From an uncultured Thermoplasmatales archaeon (GTDB lineage: Archaea > Thermoplasmatota > E2 > UBA202 > DSCA01), in the NCBI GenBank assembly GCA_964514975.1, contig CAZESS010000014.1, forward strand, positions 1 to 59,759: a stretch of DNA of 59,759 bases, written 5' to 3'. Under the pieces are notes generated by a model. That model searched no databases. It saw only the letters and a list, made by a program, of their open reading frames with translations, and was not told the DNA's origin. Position 1 is the first letter of the stretch; each line of letters begins with the position of its first letter. The position numbers and the translations under genes were made by a program. Below, in pieces: positions 46,226-56,600 of this stretch.

Positions 46226-47392
46226 CTATCTGAGGTATATCTGCGGGAGCATGCCTGCCAGCCAGGTATATATCCGCTCGAGCAGTGACATCGGACGCTG
46301 CCAGGGCATGCTGACCGGCAGGGGTTCCGACCAGTTTCCGTCCAGGCCGTGTCTGTCCTCGGCTTTGACCCGGACGTTGTATGTCCCCTTTTGCGCCCAG
46401 GTGTAGTTGACCTGTATCTCCGTCCCGGGGGCGGCGTAACGCGTCCGCGTGGTGTTGCCGTCGCCCCAGTCAAAGGTGTAGCGGACGTCGTCGTTGTCCA
46501 TGTCATCCGTGACCGCCCGGTAGGTATAGGCGTCTCCCGGCCTGCCCCGGGTGGCACCCTCCGGCTGCGCCGGCTGCCCCGGTGGATGGTTCGGCCCCGT
46601 GTAGTAGTAGACGCTCTGCTGGATGCCGCATTCCCCGTATGCGATGCGGAACCAGCCGTCCTCGCCCCAGTCGGTACCCCAGCTGTTCTTGACGATCCAG
46701 TAGCCCCTCCCGCTGTTCCAGGTGCTGTCGTAGCCGACGATGGTGACGCAGTGCCCAAACACGTATTCGTCGGACTGCTGCACGTAGACGCCTCCGTCGA
46801 ACTCGGGATAGAGGTCGGCGTAGACGTCCATGGTCGCGGGAAGCGGGCCATGTTCGACGAGCGCGTTCTGTATCGACGCAGGGTCCGACGCAATGGCATG
46901 GTAGCCGTCGATGCCGACGAGGTGGTCATGCCAGTCGGCGCATTTCGCATCGCAGGGAACGGTGTCATTTGCCCGGTAGGGCATACAGGTCTCCGGTATC
47001 GCCCCGTTGTTCCGCAGCCAGTTCAGGGTGCTAAACCAGTACCAGCCGTCGCAGCCGCCGGGCGAGCAGGAAAGCATGTACTGCTCCGACAGGTCAACCA
47101 CCATGGCGGGGTCACCGTTCCATATCTTGAGTGTTGCCTCGAGACCGGCGAGCGCGCCAAATGCCCAGCATGAACCGCAGGTGTCCTGCAGCTGATCCCG
47201 GATGGGCGTTGTCCAGTCGTCACCGTCCACGTTCCGCCAGTCCCATCGCTCGGGCGTGTCACCCGTCATGACCGTTACATCGTGCTGTCCATCATGCCAT
47301 GCAACCGCCCGGTCGTCCTGAACGCCCTGCAGGGGAACGAAAAGCGCAGCTACCGCCAGACATATCACAACCGTCCGGATATCTCCCTTCAT
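46226..47392 (-). CDS. Exported papain-family (C1A) cysteine peptidase with PKD-like domain
   Basis: WDWR, Q...CGSCWAF, LSEQ, H...IVGY, WI.KNSWG..WG..G.F; FDWGDG; amphipathic C-terminal tail. Confidence 0.92.
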   Translation of the reverse strand: MKGDIRTVVICLAVAALFVPLQGVQDDRAVAWHDGQHDVTVMTGDTPERWDWRNVDGDDWTTPIRDQLQDTCGSCWAFGALAGLEATLKIWNGDPAMVVDLSEQYMLSCSPGGCDGWYWFSTLNWLRNNGAIPETCMPYRANDTVPCDAKCADWHDHLVGIDGYHAIASDPASIQNALVEHGPLPATMDVYADLYPEFDGGVYVQQSDEYVFGHCVTIVGYDSTWNSGRGYWIVKNSWGTDWGEDGWFRIAYGECGIQQSVYYYTGPNHPPGQPAQPEGATRGRPGDAYTYRAVTDDMDNDDVRYTFDWGDGNTTRTRYAAPGTEIQVNYTWAQKGTYNVRVKAEDRHGLDGNWSEPLPVSMPWQRPMSLLERIYTWLAGMLPQIYLR

Positions 47393-47432
47393 GGTGCCTC
47401 CGGTTATACATATCCGGCGTGGCTATTTGAAC

Positions 47433-49835
47433 CTACTGCTGCTCCGCCCGTGTCCGTTTGAGATGAAGGACGACGATTGTTCCATGTGGCTCGTTGTCCT
47501 CGATGGCGACGGAGCCGCCGTAGCGCTCCACGGTCTTTTTGACGATGTAGAGACCGAGCCCGCTGCCGGCGCTCCCGCCGTGACTGAACCGTTCCTCGAA
47601 CACCCGCTCCTTGACGTCGTCGGGGATGCCCGTGCCCTCGTCGGCGATACGTACCTCGCACTGGTCATCCATGGCGCTGATGGACATGTCGATATGGTCG
47701 GTGTCGCCGTGGACGACGGCGTTCCGCACGATGTTGTCGATGACGGGATGGAGCGCCGCATCAGCCAGGACAGTAGCATCGCCCGCTGTAGATATGGGGA
47801 TGTCATACTGCCCGGCCACGTCCTCAATGGTCGCCTTCAGGTCATGGGGCTGCAGCGCTTCGCCGGAGGCCACCAGCGCCTCGAGCTCGCGCATCCGCTT
47901 GATGAGTTCAACGCTCTGCTCTATCCTGCTGAACGCCTTGTCGAACAGTTCCTCCTCGGGCTCCTCGCTATACAGCTCAAGGGCACCCCTGATGATGTTC
48001 AGATGGTTGACCATGTCGTGGCGCATGATCTTGTTGGTGAGCTTGAGCACGTCGTTGAGCTGCGACAGCGCGTCCTGCATGTGTTTCCGCTCGGTGATAT
48101 CTGCGACGATGCCGTCAAAATACTGTACCTCGCCGCTGGCGTCGGTGACCGCGACCGCGGACACCGAGCCGGTGAAACGGGTGCCGTCTTTTTTCCGCAG
48201 CTCCAGCTCCCAGTCCCTGACCTCTCCCTCAGCATGCATTTTTTCGTTGAATGCCCGTCGTTCCTCCGGATGACGGTAGAGCGCCGAGACGGGCTGGTCC
48301 ATGAGTTTCTCACGGCTATCGTAGCCGAACATGTCGACCATGGCCGGGTTGACCTCGACGAACATGCCGTCCGGGCCGGGGGTGGTGCGGTAGACGCCGA
48401 GGTTGACGTTTTCGGTAAGCGTCCGATATTTTTCCTCGCTTCGCTGCAATGCCTGCCGCTGCCGTTTTTCCTCGAGCTTGGCACGCAGCAATGGGGCGAC
48501 ATAGCCGGCGATGCGCTCCAGCACCTGGACGTCGTCTTCGCCGTAGCCATCGGGCGTGTCCCCCACCGCTATCTGGCCGACGATGTCGCCGTGGTCGACG
48601 AGGGGCACCGCGAGCGCGTTCTTTAGCTTGATGTGTCCCTCCGGCAGATTGAGCGAGCTGTTTTTCCACCTGGTTTCCTTCGTTTTCAGGGATTCTCCCC
48701 ACAGGCCACCCCAGCTGTCGCGGGGAAACACGATGTCCTTGTCGGGCACGTCGCATTTCTCCCAGACGTCGCGGGTCATCGAGGGGCAGACCAGGTCGCC
48801 GTCCTCGTTGATGTAGCCGAAAAAACCAAAGCGGCTGTCCATGGCCTCCCGGACGATGTCGAGCACGTCGGCGTACATGTCGGCCTCGGACTCGGTGAGA
48901 AAAATCGTCGCCACCCGGTTCAGAAGGGAGAGCTGCCACCGGGAGCGCTCGAGCTGCTGTTCCGCCTGCATCCGGTCGGTGATGTCGATGATGATGCCGG
49001 TGACCAGCAGTGGGTTTCCCTCCTCGTCTCTTTTAGTGACGGCGCCCCTGTCCTGGAACCAGCGATATGTGCCGGCAGCGGTGCGAACGCGGTATTCGAC
49101 CTCGTATACGTCGGTGGCGCCCGAAAGATGGTCCCGCATCGCCTGCATCGCCGCCGGGCGGTCGTCGGGGTGGAGGAGATCCGTCCATGCCGTGTAGGAT
49201 GCACCGGCGAAGTCCGCGGGGTTATACCCCAGCATGCGAGCCTTCTGCTCGTCGAAGGCAACCGTGCCGCTCTCGACGTCCATTTCCCACCAGGCCAGGC
49301 GCCCCGTCTCCAGAGCGTCTTCCAGCCGCCGCCGCGTGGTCCGCAGATGCTCCTGTGTTTCCTTCAGCGACGTGATGTCGCGGCCGACGGCCAGGAGGCT
49401 GATAACGGCGCCGTCGTCGTCCTGCACGGGCTGCAGATAAAAATCCACCATCATCCGTTCCCCGTCGGGGCCATAGTGCTCCGCCTCGAAGCGGACGTGT
49501 TCTCCCCGTGCCGCCAGCTTGATGTTCTCCCGCAGCTTGTCCTGCAGCTCGGATGAATGCGTCCACCAGGGCGTCTTCCAGAACAACTGTCCCTCGACGT
49601 CCGCCGGGGACGCGTCGATGAAGTCGAGGGAGCGCTGGTTCGCCTCGAGTAGCCGCCCGTCGAGGTCGAGGATGCCGACGAAGGAGCGTGGATGGTTGAA
49701 CACCGCCTCGAACTGATGTTTTTTGCGGGTGAGCACTGCGACACGTTGTTCCAGCCGGTGCAGGCGCTGCCGCAGCTCGTCCCGTGTTTCCCGCCCTCCA
49801 TTCTTTTGGTCGTCAGGTGTGCTGCTCATCGTCAT
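47433..49835 (-). CDS. Cytoplasmic PAS-PAS-GAF-PAS sensor histidine kinase
   Basis: PAS/PAC motifs, GAF region, H-box RHDM.N.L, N-box N...NA..H, D.G.GI, G.GLGL.IV; no TM helix. Confidence 0.92.
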   Translation of the reverse strand: MTMSSTPDDQKNGGRETRDELRQRLHRLEQRVAVLTRKKHQFEAVFNHPRSFVGILDLDGRLLEANQRSLDFIDASPADVEGQLFWKTPWWTHSSELQDKLRENIKLAARGEHVRFEAEHYGPDGERMMVDFYLQPVQDDDGAVISLLAVGRDITSLKETQEHLRTTRRRLEDALETGRLAWWEMDVESGTVAFDEQKARMLGYNPADFAGASYTAWTDLLHPDDRPAAMQAMRDHLSGATDVYEVEYRVRTAAGTYRWFQDRGAVTKRDEEGNPLLVTGIIIDITDRMQAEQQLERSRWQLSLLNRVATIFLTESEADMYADVLDIVREAMDSRFGFFGYINEDGDLVCPSMTRDVWEKCDVPDKDIVFPRDSWGGLWGESLKTKETRWKNSSLNLPEGHIKLKNALAVPLVDHGDIVGQIAVGDTPDGYGEDDVQVLERIAGYVAPLLRAKLEEKRQRQALQRSEEKYRTLTENVNLGVYRTTPGPDGMFVEVNPAMVDMFGYDSREKLMDQPVSALYRHPEERRAFNEKMHAEGEVRDWELELRKKDGTRFTGSVSAVAVTDASGEVQYFDGIVADITERKHMQDALSQLNDVLKLTNKIMRHDMVNHLNIIRGALELYSEEPEEELFDKAFSRIEQSVELIKRMRELEALVASGEALQPHDLKATIEDVAGQYDIPISTAGDATVLADAALHPVIDNIVRNAVVHGDTDHIDMSISAMDDQCEVRIADEGTGIPDDVKERVFEERFSHGGSAGSGLGLYIVKKTVERYGGSVAIEDNEPHGTIVVLHLKRTRAEQQ

Positions 49836-49866
49836 CCCTGCTAACAATGAGGGATATATAAATCCT

Positions 49867-51039
49867 TTAATCGGTGAGATATTTTTTGGCGAGACCGAGC
49901 AGCGAGGGGCGCTTCAGCATTTTTTTGATGAAAAACGAGATGCGGGCCTGGCTGAGCTCGAAGATGTCCTCGCCCTCCAAAATGTCGGCCAGCAGCTCGA
50001 AGTCCTTGTCCTCCAATTTCTCCAGGAACGCGCGGAGCTTCAGCAGCTTCGCCGTTTTTTCCTCGTATATCTCGTTCCATCGCCGCACATACCCGGACAG
50101 GCATCCCCGTGAGAGGTCATCGTTGGTCAGCGCCGGCTCGGCTATCTCGGCTGCAATCTGCGAGGAATGCATCGCCCGGATGATACCGCCGCCGTGGATG
50201 GGGTTGACGAGCTGCGCCGCGTCGCCGACAAGCATGACGCCGTCGCCGACCATCTCGGTGAAATGGTCGACGGGGACACCGCCCGCGTTTATCTCGATGG
50301 GACTCGCCCCGGCGAAGATGTCCGGGTTGCTGTCGATGAACCGCCGGAGATACCCATGGGCGCTCATCTCGGCGTTGCGCTCGAGCACGCCGAGGCCGAC
50401 GTTGGCCGAAAACCGCTTCGGGAAAATCCATGCGTAGCCCAGCGGCGCCACACCGGTACCGAAAAACAGGTGGATGTGACCGGGGTTGACGTTGACGTTG
50501 GCCATCTCGTACTGGATGCCGGAATGATAGTCGGTCAGCCGGTTGACGCTCTGGAAGCCCGCCCATCGGCCGACCTTGGACTCGACGCCGTCGGCACCGA
50601 TGACCAGCCGCGCATGTACCTCGCGCTCTCCCTCCAGGCCCCGCAGCCTGACGAGCCAGCGACCGTTGCTTCGATGCATGTCAAGCGCCTGCGTGTCAAC
50701 CAGGCAGGATGCGCCGGCGTTTATCGCCTGCGATACAAGCTGCTTCTCGAACACCTTGCGCTCCAGCACGTAGCCGAACATGTCGCCGCCCGTCATGTCC
50801 ACGCGTTTGCCCGACGGTGCATACAGCGAGGCGCCCTCGATGCGGTGATGGACGTCCATGTCGATATCAAGGCCGACCGTGTCCAGCCCGTTCTGGGAGA
50901 CACCCTCGGCGCAGCGCTTCGGCGGCCCGATCTCCTGCTTTTTCTCGACGACAAGGGTATCGAAACCGCGGCGGGCGAACTCCATGGCAGCTATGCTCCC
51001 CGCAGGCCCGGCGCCGACGACCAAAACATCACGGTTCAT
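49867..51039 (-). CDS. Digeranylgeranylglycerophospholipid reductase (geranylgeranyl reductase family)
   Basis: Start ATG 51039; VVGAGPAGS, KRCAEG, R..F, GADG, P.GY.WIFP, GDAA...NP.HGGGI. Confidence 0.9.
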   Translation of the reverse strand: MNRDVLVVGAGPAGSIAAMEFARRGFDTLVVEKKQEIGPPKRCAEGVSQNGLDTVGLDIDMDVHHRIEGASLYAPSGKRVDMTGGDMFGYVLERKVFEKQLVSQAINAGASCLVDTQALDMHRSNGRWLVRLRGLEGEREVHARLVIGADGVESKVGRWAGFQSVNRLTDYHSGIQYEMANVNVNPGHIHLFFGTGVAPLGYAWIFPKRFSANVGLGVLERNAEMSAHGYLRRFIDSNPDIFAGASPIEINAGGVPVDHFTEMVGDGVMLVGDAAQLVNPIHGGGIIRAMHSSQIAAEIAEPALTNDDLSRGCLSGYVRRWNEIYEEKTAKLLKLRAFLEKLEDKDFELLADILEGEDIFELSQARISFFIKKMLKRPSLLGLAKKYLTD

Positions 51040-51206
51040 TGTGGTACCTCCAGCGCCTCGACCGGGCAAAACCGGACGCAGATGCCGCATTCGGTACATG
51101 CCCCGGATACCTCCAGGCGTTTGCCGTACAGGGTGAGCGCGTCCACCGGGCAAAGGCCGACGCAGCCGCCGCAGTGCAGACAGCGCTCCCGGTCAATCCG
51201 TATCAT
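51036..51206 (-). CDS. 2x[4Fe-4S] ferredoxin (56 aa, missing from ORF track)
   Basis: Manual translation MIRIDRERCLHCGGCVGLCPVDAL...CTECGICVRFCPVEAL; ATGA overlap with the reductase gene, suggesting its electron donor. Confidence 0.93.
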   Translation of the reverse strand: MIRIDRERCLHCGGCVGLCPVDALTLYGKRLEVSGACTECGICVRFCPVEALEVPQ

Positions 51207-51471
51207 GTGGCTCCCTCAACGGGCCTACATATGACACCCCATATTTAAAGATAGAGATTTCGTCCATGTCGCTCTTCTCCTCGCCAGGGAAATCGTCGAA
51301 ACAGCGTTCCAGCCCTCGTTCGATGCGCTGCCCCCGCCCATACATAGTGTCGGTTTCAGGGAGCAGCTGTCCGCACCCTCCACATCCACGACCGTAGCCG
51401 CATCATCACCGATAGCCGGGATGAACCCCATATCGTGCTTCCCCGGCGGTACATCCGGGCAGGACACAAAA

Positions 51472-52119
51472 TCATGATGGCACGGTGACGTTGACGGCGG
51501 TGCGGATGCCCCGGAGCATCACATCAAACGGCATCCCGGAGGGATCCTGCGAAGGCAACGGTGGCACATGGATAAAACCGGCGCTGATGTCACGCCGTAC
51601 CGCATCACCAAGCAGCCGGTAAAACACATGGTTGCAGACATACAGCCCGGCGAACCATGACTGACGGGCGTCAACCCCATCGTCGTGCAACGCTGCAACG
51701 ATGTCCCCCGTCGGCAGCCGCGTATGACGGACAAATGGACCCGAGCCGTTAACGAACGAAAACCCAAACATGGCGGGATGCTGAAGGTTGACCGCCATCC
51801 GCTCCACCTCGATGACCCGCGCAGACCCATCCAGGCCGAGGGCGATAACCGCCGATGGGCTGTACCGGTCGAAAGCCATCCGCAGCCGGGGATACGCATC
51901 CTCGAAGGACACGGGAAGCACCACGCCCACGACATGGACACCGCCAAGCATTGTATCGTTCAACGCATGTGCCAGCTCCCCCGAGGGATTGCTGTCCCAC
52001 CGGTCAAAGGGCTCAAACCCGGAGACCAGCACGACGTCCTCCGACTGGGAGGACGACGCCGAAAAAAGCGGCACCGGAAGCGCAAGGAGCAGCACCACGG
52101 CGAGCGCCAGTGCTTTCAT
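51472..52119 (-). CDS. pcp: Pyroglutamyl-peptidase I (C15) with N-terminal signal peptide
   Basis: GFEPF....NPS, LPV.F, ER.A.N (Glu), AG.YVCN (Cys), GFIHVP (His). Confidence 0.88.
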   Translation of the reverse strand: MKALALAVVLLLALPVPLFSASSSQSEDVVLVSGFEPFDRWDSNPSGELAHALNDTMLGGVHVVGVVLPVSFEDAYPRLRMAFDRYSPSAVIALGLDGSARVIEVERMAVNLQHPAMFGFSFVNGSGPFVRHTRLPTGDIVAALHDDGVDARQSWFAGLYVCNHVFYRLLGDAVRRDISAGFIHVPPLPSQDPSGMPFDVMLRGIRTAVNVTVPS

Positions 52120-52158
52120 AGGGAGACAACGGCTGGCGCTATAAAACGGCTGCGGCTG

Positions 52159-53538
52159 CTACTGCAATGGCACCTCAGAGATGACCACGTGCGGCGGGGT
52201 GTCCACCCGGTCGCTCTGCCTGATATGGTCGACCTCTTTGACCACGACCTCGACGCTGTCACCGAACGTCCGCTCATACCGCCGCCTTATTTCATCAAAA
52301 ATATTGTCCACCGATGGACCGACATCGCGCAGGCGGTCATCTATGACCAGATGAATCTCGATGAGGTCCAGCCGCCGCTGGATGATCTGGAACTGCTGTA
52401 TCTTGTCAGTGCCGAGCTCGTGCATAACCTTGCCGGGTACCCCGGTGATGGCCGACGGCGGAATGATTCTGTCGTCCCGCAGCCGGATCGAGTCCACCTT
52501 GCGGCCGCCGACGATGCCGAGCAGCGGGGTCTGGATGCCGCAGCCACATGTGTCGTCGCGGGGGATGATGTAGTCCTTCATGCCCGTGTACCGTATGACA
52601 GGGGTCCCCCAGCCGTAAAGCTTGGTGACCACCACGTGTCCGGGCTCACCCGCAGCCACGTCGTCGCCGTCGTCATCCAAAAACTCGAGGTGAACGAGAT
52701 CGGAATGGATGTGATAGTTGCCCCGGCGGCATTCAAAGGCAGCCGGACCCGCCTCAGTCGAGCCGTACACGTCATAGATGGGAGCACCAAACGTGTCCTC
52801 GATATATCCCCGCGTGTACCGGTCGAGCACCGCACCCGACGAGGACATCACCCGCGGCGAAATATTGTCGCCATGTCCCTTCCGCTTCAACACCGCCAGG
52901 GCGCGCAGCACGCCCGGGTAGCCTCCCAGAAACTCGGGCTGAAAGCCGTTGATGCTGCGGAGCAAATCCTCTGGCGAATCCCCGACATGCAAAATCTGCA
53001 TGTTGTCAAACGAAAACAGTTTCCCCAGATAGGGCATGACCGTCCGGCTGAGATATGCCTCCTCAGCGCTCTCCGGCGTCAGGTCGACGATGACGCTCAT
53101 CCTGGTTTTACGCCAGTCGACGCCGTATTCGCGGAGCTCCCTGATGAAGCCGAATAGGGCCTTGATGATGGTGTAGATGTCCGTGTACAGTGACACGGGC
53201 TGCCCCGTCGAGCCAGAGGTGCTGACCACATGTGCATTGTTTTTGTTGAAATGGGGATGCACGATGCCGTCGGGAAAGTGCCGGCGGAGGTCGTCCTTGG
53301 TGACACATGGCAGCTTTTTGATATCTGCGATGCCGCCGATGTCGTCGGGATGCACCCCTGCATCGCGGTACAGGTGCCGGTATACCGGGATGTCATATGC
53401 ATAGCGAACCATGCTCCGCAGCGCCCTGTCCCGGTACCGCTGCAGCTGCTCCGGCGACATCCTCCACACCCGGTCGACGTCGGTGAGATATCCCTTCGCC
53501 ACCCGGAGCAGAAAGAGCGGGTTAAGGAACGGATTCAT
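52159..53538 (-). CDS. Phenylacetate--CoA ligase/CapK-like adenylate-forming enzyme
   Basis: LP..TK.DL, STSGSTG.P, GYP, YGSTE, IRY...D, GR..D, QFQ..Q. Confidence 0.85.
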   Translation of the reverse strand: MNPFLNPLFLLRVAKGYLTDVDRVWRMSPEQLQRYRDRALRSMVRYAYDIPVYRHLYRDAGVHPDDIGGIADIKKLPCVTKDDLRRHFPDGIVHPHFNKNNAHVVSTSGSTGQPVSLYTDIYTIIKALFGFIRELREYGVDWRKTRMSVIVDLTPESAEEAYLSRTVMPYLGKLFSFDNMQILHVGDSPEDLLRSINGFQPEFLGGYPGVLRALAVLKRKGHGDNISPRVMSSSGAVLDRYTRGYIEDTFGAPIYDVYGSTEAGPAAFECRRGNYHIHSDLVHLEFLDDDGDDVAAGEPGHVVVTKLYGWGTPVIRYTGMKDYIIPRDDTCGCGIQTPLLGIVGGRKVDSIRLRDDRIIPPSAITGVPGKVMHELGTDKIQQFQIIQRRLDLIEIHLVIDDRLRDVGPSVDNIFDEIRRRYERTFGDSVEVVVKEVDHIRQSDRVDTPPHVVISEVPLQ

Positions 53539-53640
53539 AGTGCTGTTGTGCAATATCCCCCGAGATTTATATTTTTTGGCACGGCATCATGGCATATCCG
53601 ATGGGATACATGCCGGATGGCTCACCTGTGAGCCAGGTTA

Positions 53641-56600
53641 TCAAGATGGCGTCTCTGACCGTTCGTGCAGCCGTGAACCCTCTCCATGCCACGTGCCGGC
53701 TTTTGTCATGTACACAAAGATACCCATGCCCTGCCGGACGGGGAAATCATAGGATGGAGGACTGACACCGATTAGGTATGATGAAAACGTGTCGCTCGAT
53801 GCATTCCACGTCGACACGATGGTGCAGTTGTCGAGCGCTGTGCCAAGCGAGCTCGCGTTCGTCGCCGTTGCATTATACCATCCAATCGTGTTCCAGCCGG
53901 CATAAAGGTCAACGGAGACATCGGATATCGGGGTGTCCACGACGCTGAATATCTGCCGGCAGTTCATGTACACGAAATATCCGACTCCGTCGGCTACGGC
54001 AAAGTCGAGCGAGGGCGGCGATGTGCCGATGACATATGACTGAAATGCGCCGGTTGATGCGTTGTAGTAGGATACAATGGAGCACCCGGAAATGTTTTCG
54101 CCCAGTGTTTTCGCCGTGTAATCGTGTTCAACCGGCACGGTGATAAGATTCCATCCCTGATAGAGCATGCGGCTGCAGTAGTTGGCGTTGATGGTGAAGG
54201 AGGCAGAATCATGTGTCCGGCCGACGGCATCTATTGAAAGCTGCGAGGTGCCGTTCAATGTCCCCGAGTTGAAGAGCACGCTTCTCCCGGTTGTGGTGTT
54301 CAGGTTGGCGTTGCTACCCGAGTTGAGCAGGCTCCAGCTGGCATTGACAAAGCAAAGGAAGCCATAGGTGTCGTTGAACGCCGATGCATAGGCGGAGAGC
54401 GTGAACTCGGTGGTGAGGTTTCCATCTTGTATCTCGTTATGCGTGCTATGAGTTATCCTGACAGTGTCTATCGAGGCAACGATGACAGTATGCCAGGTGG
54501 TATCAACCGCTCCGTCGTCATCGGTAACGGTCAGCGTGACATTGTAAACACCCGTTGCAGCGTACTGGTGGTCCGGATGCTGCACGGTGGATGTAGCCCC
54601 GTCTCCGAACGTCCACTGCCAGCTCACAATATATCCATCGATGTCCGAGGACAGGTCGGTAAACTGGACGGTCTGGTTGGAAATGCATACCGCGGGACTA
54701 ACGGAGAAATTGGCGGCAGGCGGCCGGTTATCGACCGTCACCATGTCAGAGGCGATATCCGTGTCACCATCGTCATCGGTTACCGTCAATGTCACGGTAA
54801 AGCTGCCGTCATCGGCATAGCTATGTGTTATCTCTTCGCCGTACAATGTGGTGCCATCGCCCATGTTCCATGTCCAGTTCACAATGGAGCCATCCGGGTC
54901 ATTGGAGGTGCTGTTGAAATAGACGGTATCCGAGGTCAATGGCGTGGCTGGCTCATAGATGAAGCTCGCCGACGGATCGACGTTACCCACCGAAACTGTC
55001 TGAGATACAGCATCTGTCGCTCCATCATCATCGGTCACCGTCAATGTCACGGTAAAGCTGCCGTCATCGGCATAGCTATATGTCACCCGTTCGCCATACA
55101 ATGTGGTGCCATCGCCCATGTCCCATGTCCAGTTCACGATGCTGCCGTCGCTGTCTATGGATGTGCTGTTAAAGTAAATCAAATCCGTGGCGCTGGGACT
55201 CGCAGGCTCAAACGTGAAGCTCGCCGACGGAGCAACATTGGACACCATAACAACCTGGCTTGCACTATCGGTGGCACCGTCATCATCGGTGACCGTCAAC
55301 GTCACCGTGTAGCTGCCGTCGTCGGCGTAGCTATGCGATGGGTTCTGCACCGTGCTCGTCCCGCCGTCACCGAAGCTCCAGCTCCACGAAACAATGCTTC
55401 CGTCGCTATCGGATGACAGATCCGTAAACTGTACGGTATCAGCCGTTGATGGAGAGATGGGACTATAATCGAAATCAGCAGACGGCCCAACATTGGACAC
55501 AGACACCACCTGTGATACAACATCGGTTGCACCGTCATCATCGGTCACCGTCAAGATAACCGTGTAGCTGCCATCATCGGCATAGCTATGCGTTATCTCT
55601 TCGCCGTACAATGTCGCGCCGTCACCCATCGTCCACGTCCAGTTGACGATGGAGCCATCAGGGTCATTGGAGGTGCTGTTGAAGTACATGGTATCCGATG
55701 TTGATGGCGCTGTCGGCTCATAGGTAAAGCTCGCCGATGGCGGGATATTCGCCACCGTGGTAAACGTATATGTTTCGTTTGTCCAGCCGCCTCTTCCGCC
55801 GTAATCGGTTGCATTGACATACCAGGTGTAGGTTGTATCGTGAGCCAGGCCCGAAATCGCACATGTCTTGATGCCATCATTTTCATTGGTTCCAGTTGCG
55901 TCACCGATATCTGGATGGGTTTCAATTGTCCAGTCAAAGGCGTCTCCCTCGGGGTCTGCAATGTCTACGCTCAACTGGTCGAGGGAGAGAGCTACATCTA
56001 TCTCTCCACCGGAAGGATTTACATCGGATAGCACGGGGGACTGGTTTTGTGGCGATAAAACGATTGCGTAATCTATGACCGCATGGATGTTTCCCCCGAC
56101 AAACGGTTGCGATATGCCTCCTCCGTCAAGCTGCAGTATATCAACCGAGTTTATCGGGTAGTTTTGAACTGCTAACGCAGTGCCCCCGGGAATACTTACA
56201 GGTATAACGCTGTAAAAATCCTGTGATACATGCGCGGGATTGTTATGGTCTGTTCCTCCATGTGAAAAACAGGTATGCCCGAGTGGAAGCACGCGTCCTG
56301 GTCCATTACCCGACCCTGCATTATCATAGAATGGGTCGCTGAACGCCAGCTGCTGCTGGACGGTGTTGGTCCCGGCACAGGTCACATAGTGGCCGCTGTA
56401 ACGGTCGTAGTATCCATCGCCGTAGAACCCAAGCAGTAAAATGACGTCCTGGCTTCGATGTATCTCTCCGTCAATCCACTGGAAGCCAGGTGTCTGGTTC
56501 ACATGGACATAAAACTCGTCGTCTAGGCCTTGGTCGATGAGCCATTGATTCATCGCGTTTTGCATGTTGGTAACATTGGTTGTCCCCTGGCTACTGGTAC

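Noticed and set aside
51207-51471. Possible box C/D RNA on the minus strand (GTGATGA ... CTGA) or an 80-aa ORF
   Set aside because: No clear D'/C' boxes, non-canonical terminal stem geometry and no recognisable target; the ORF has no protein-like features. Left unexplained.
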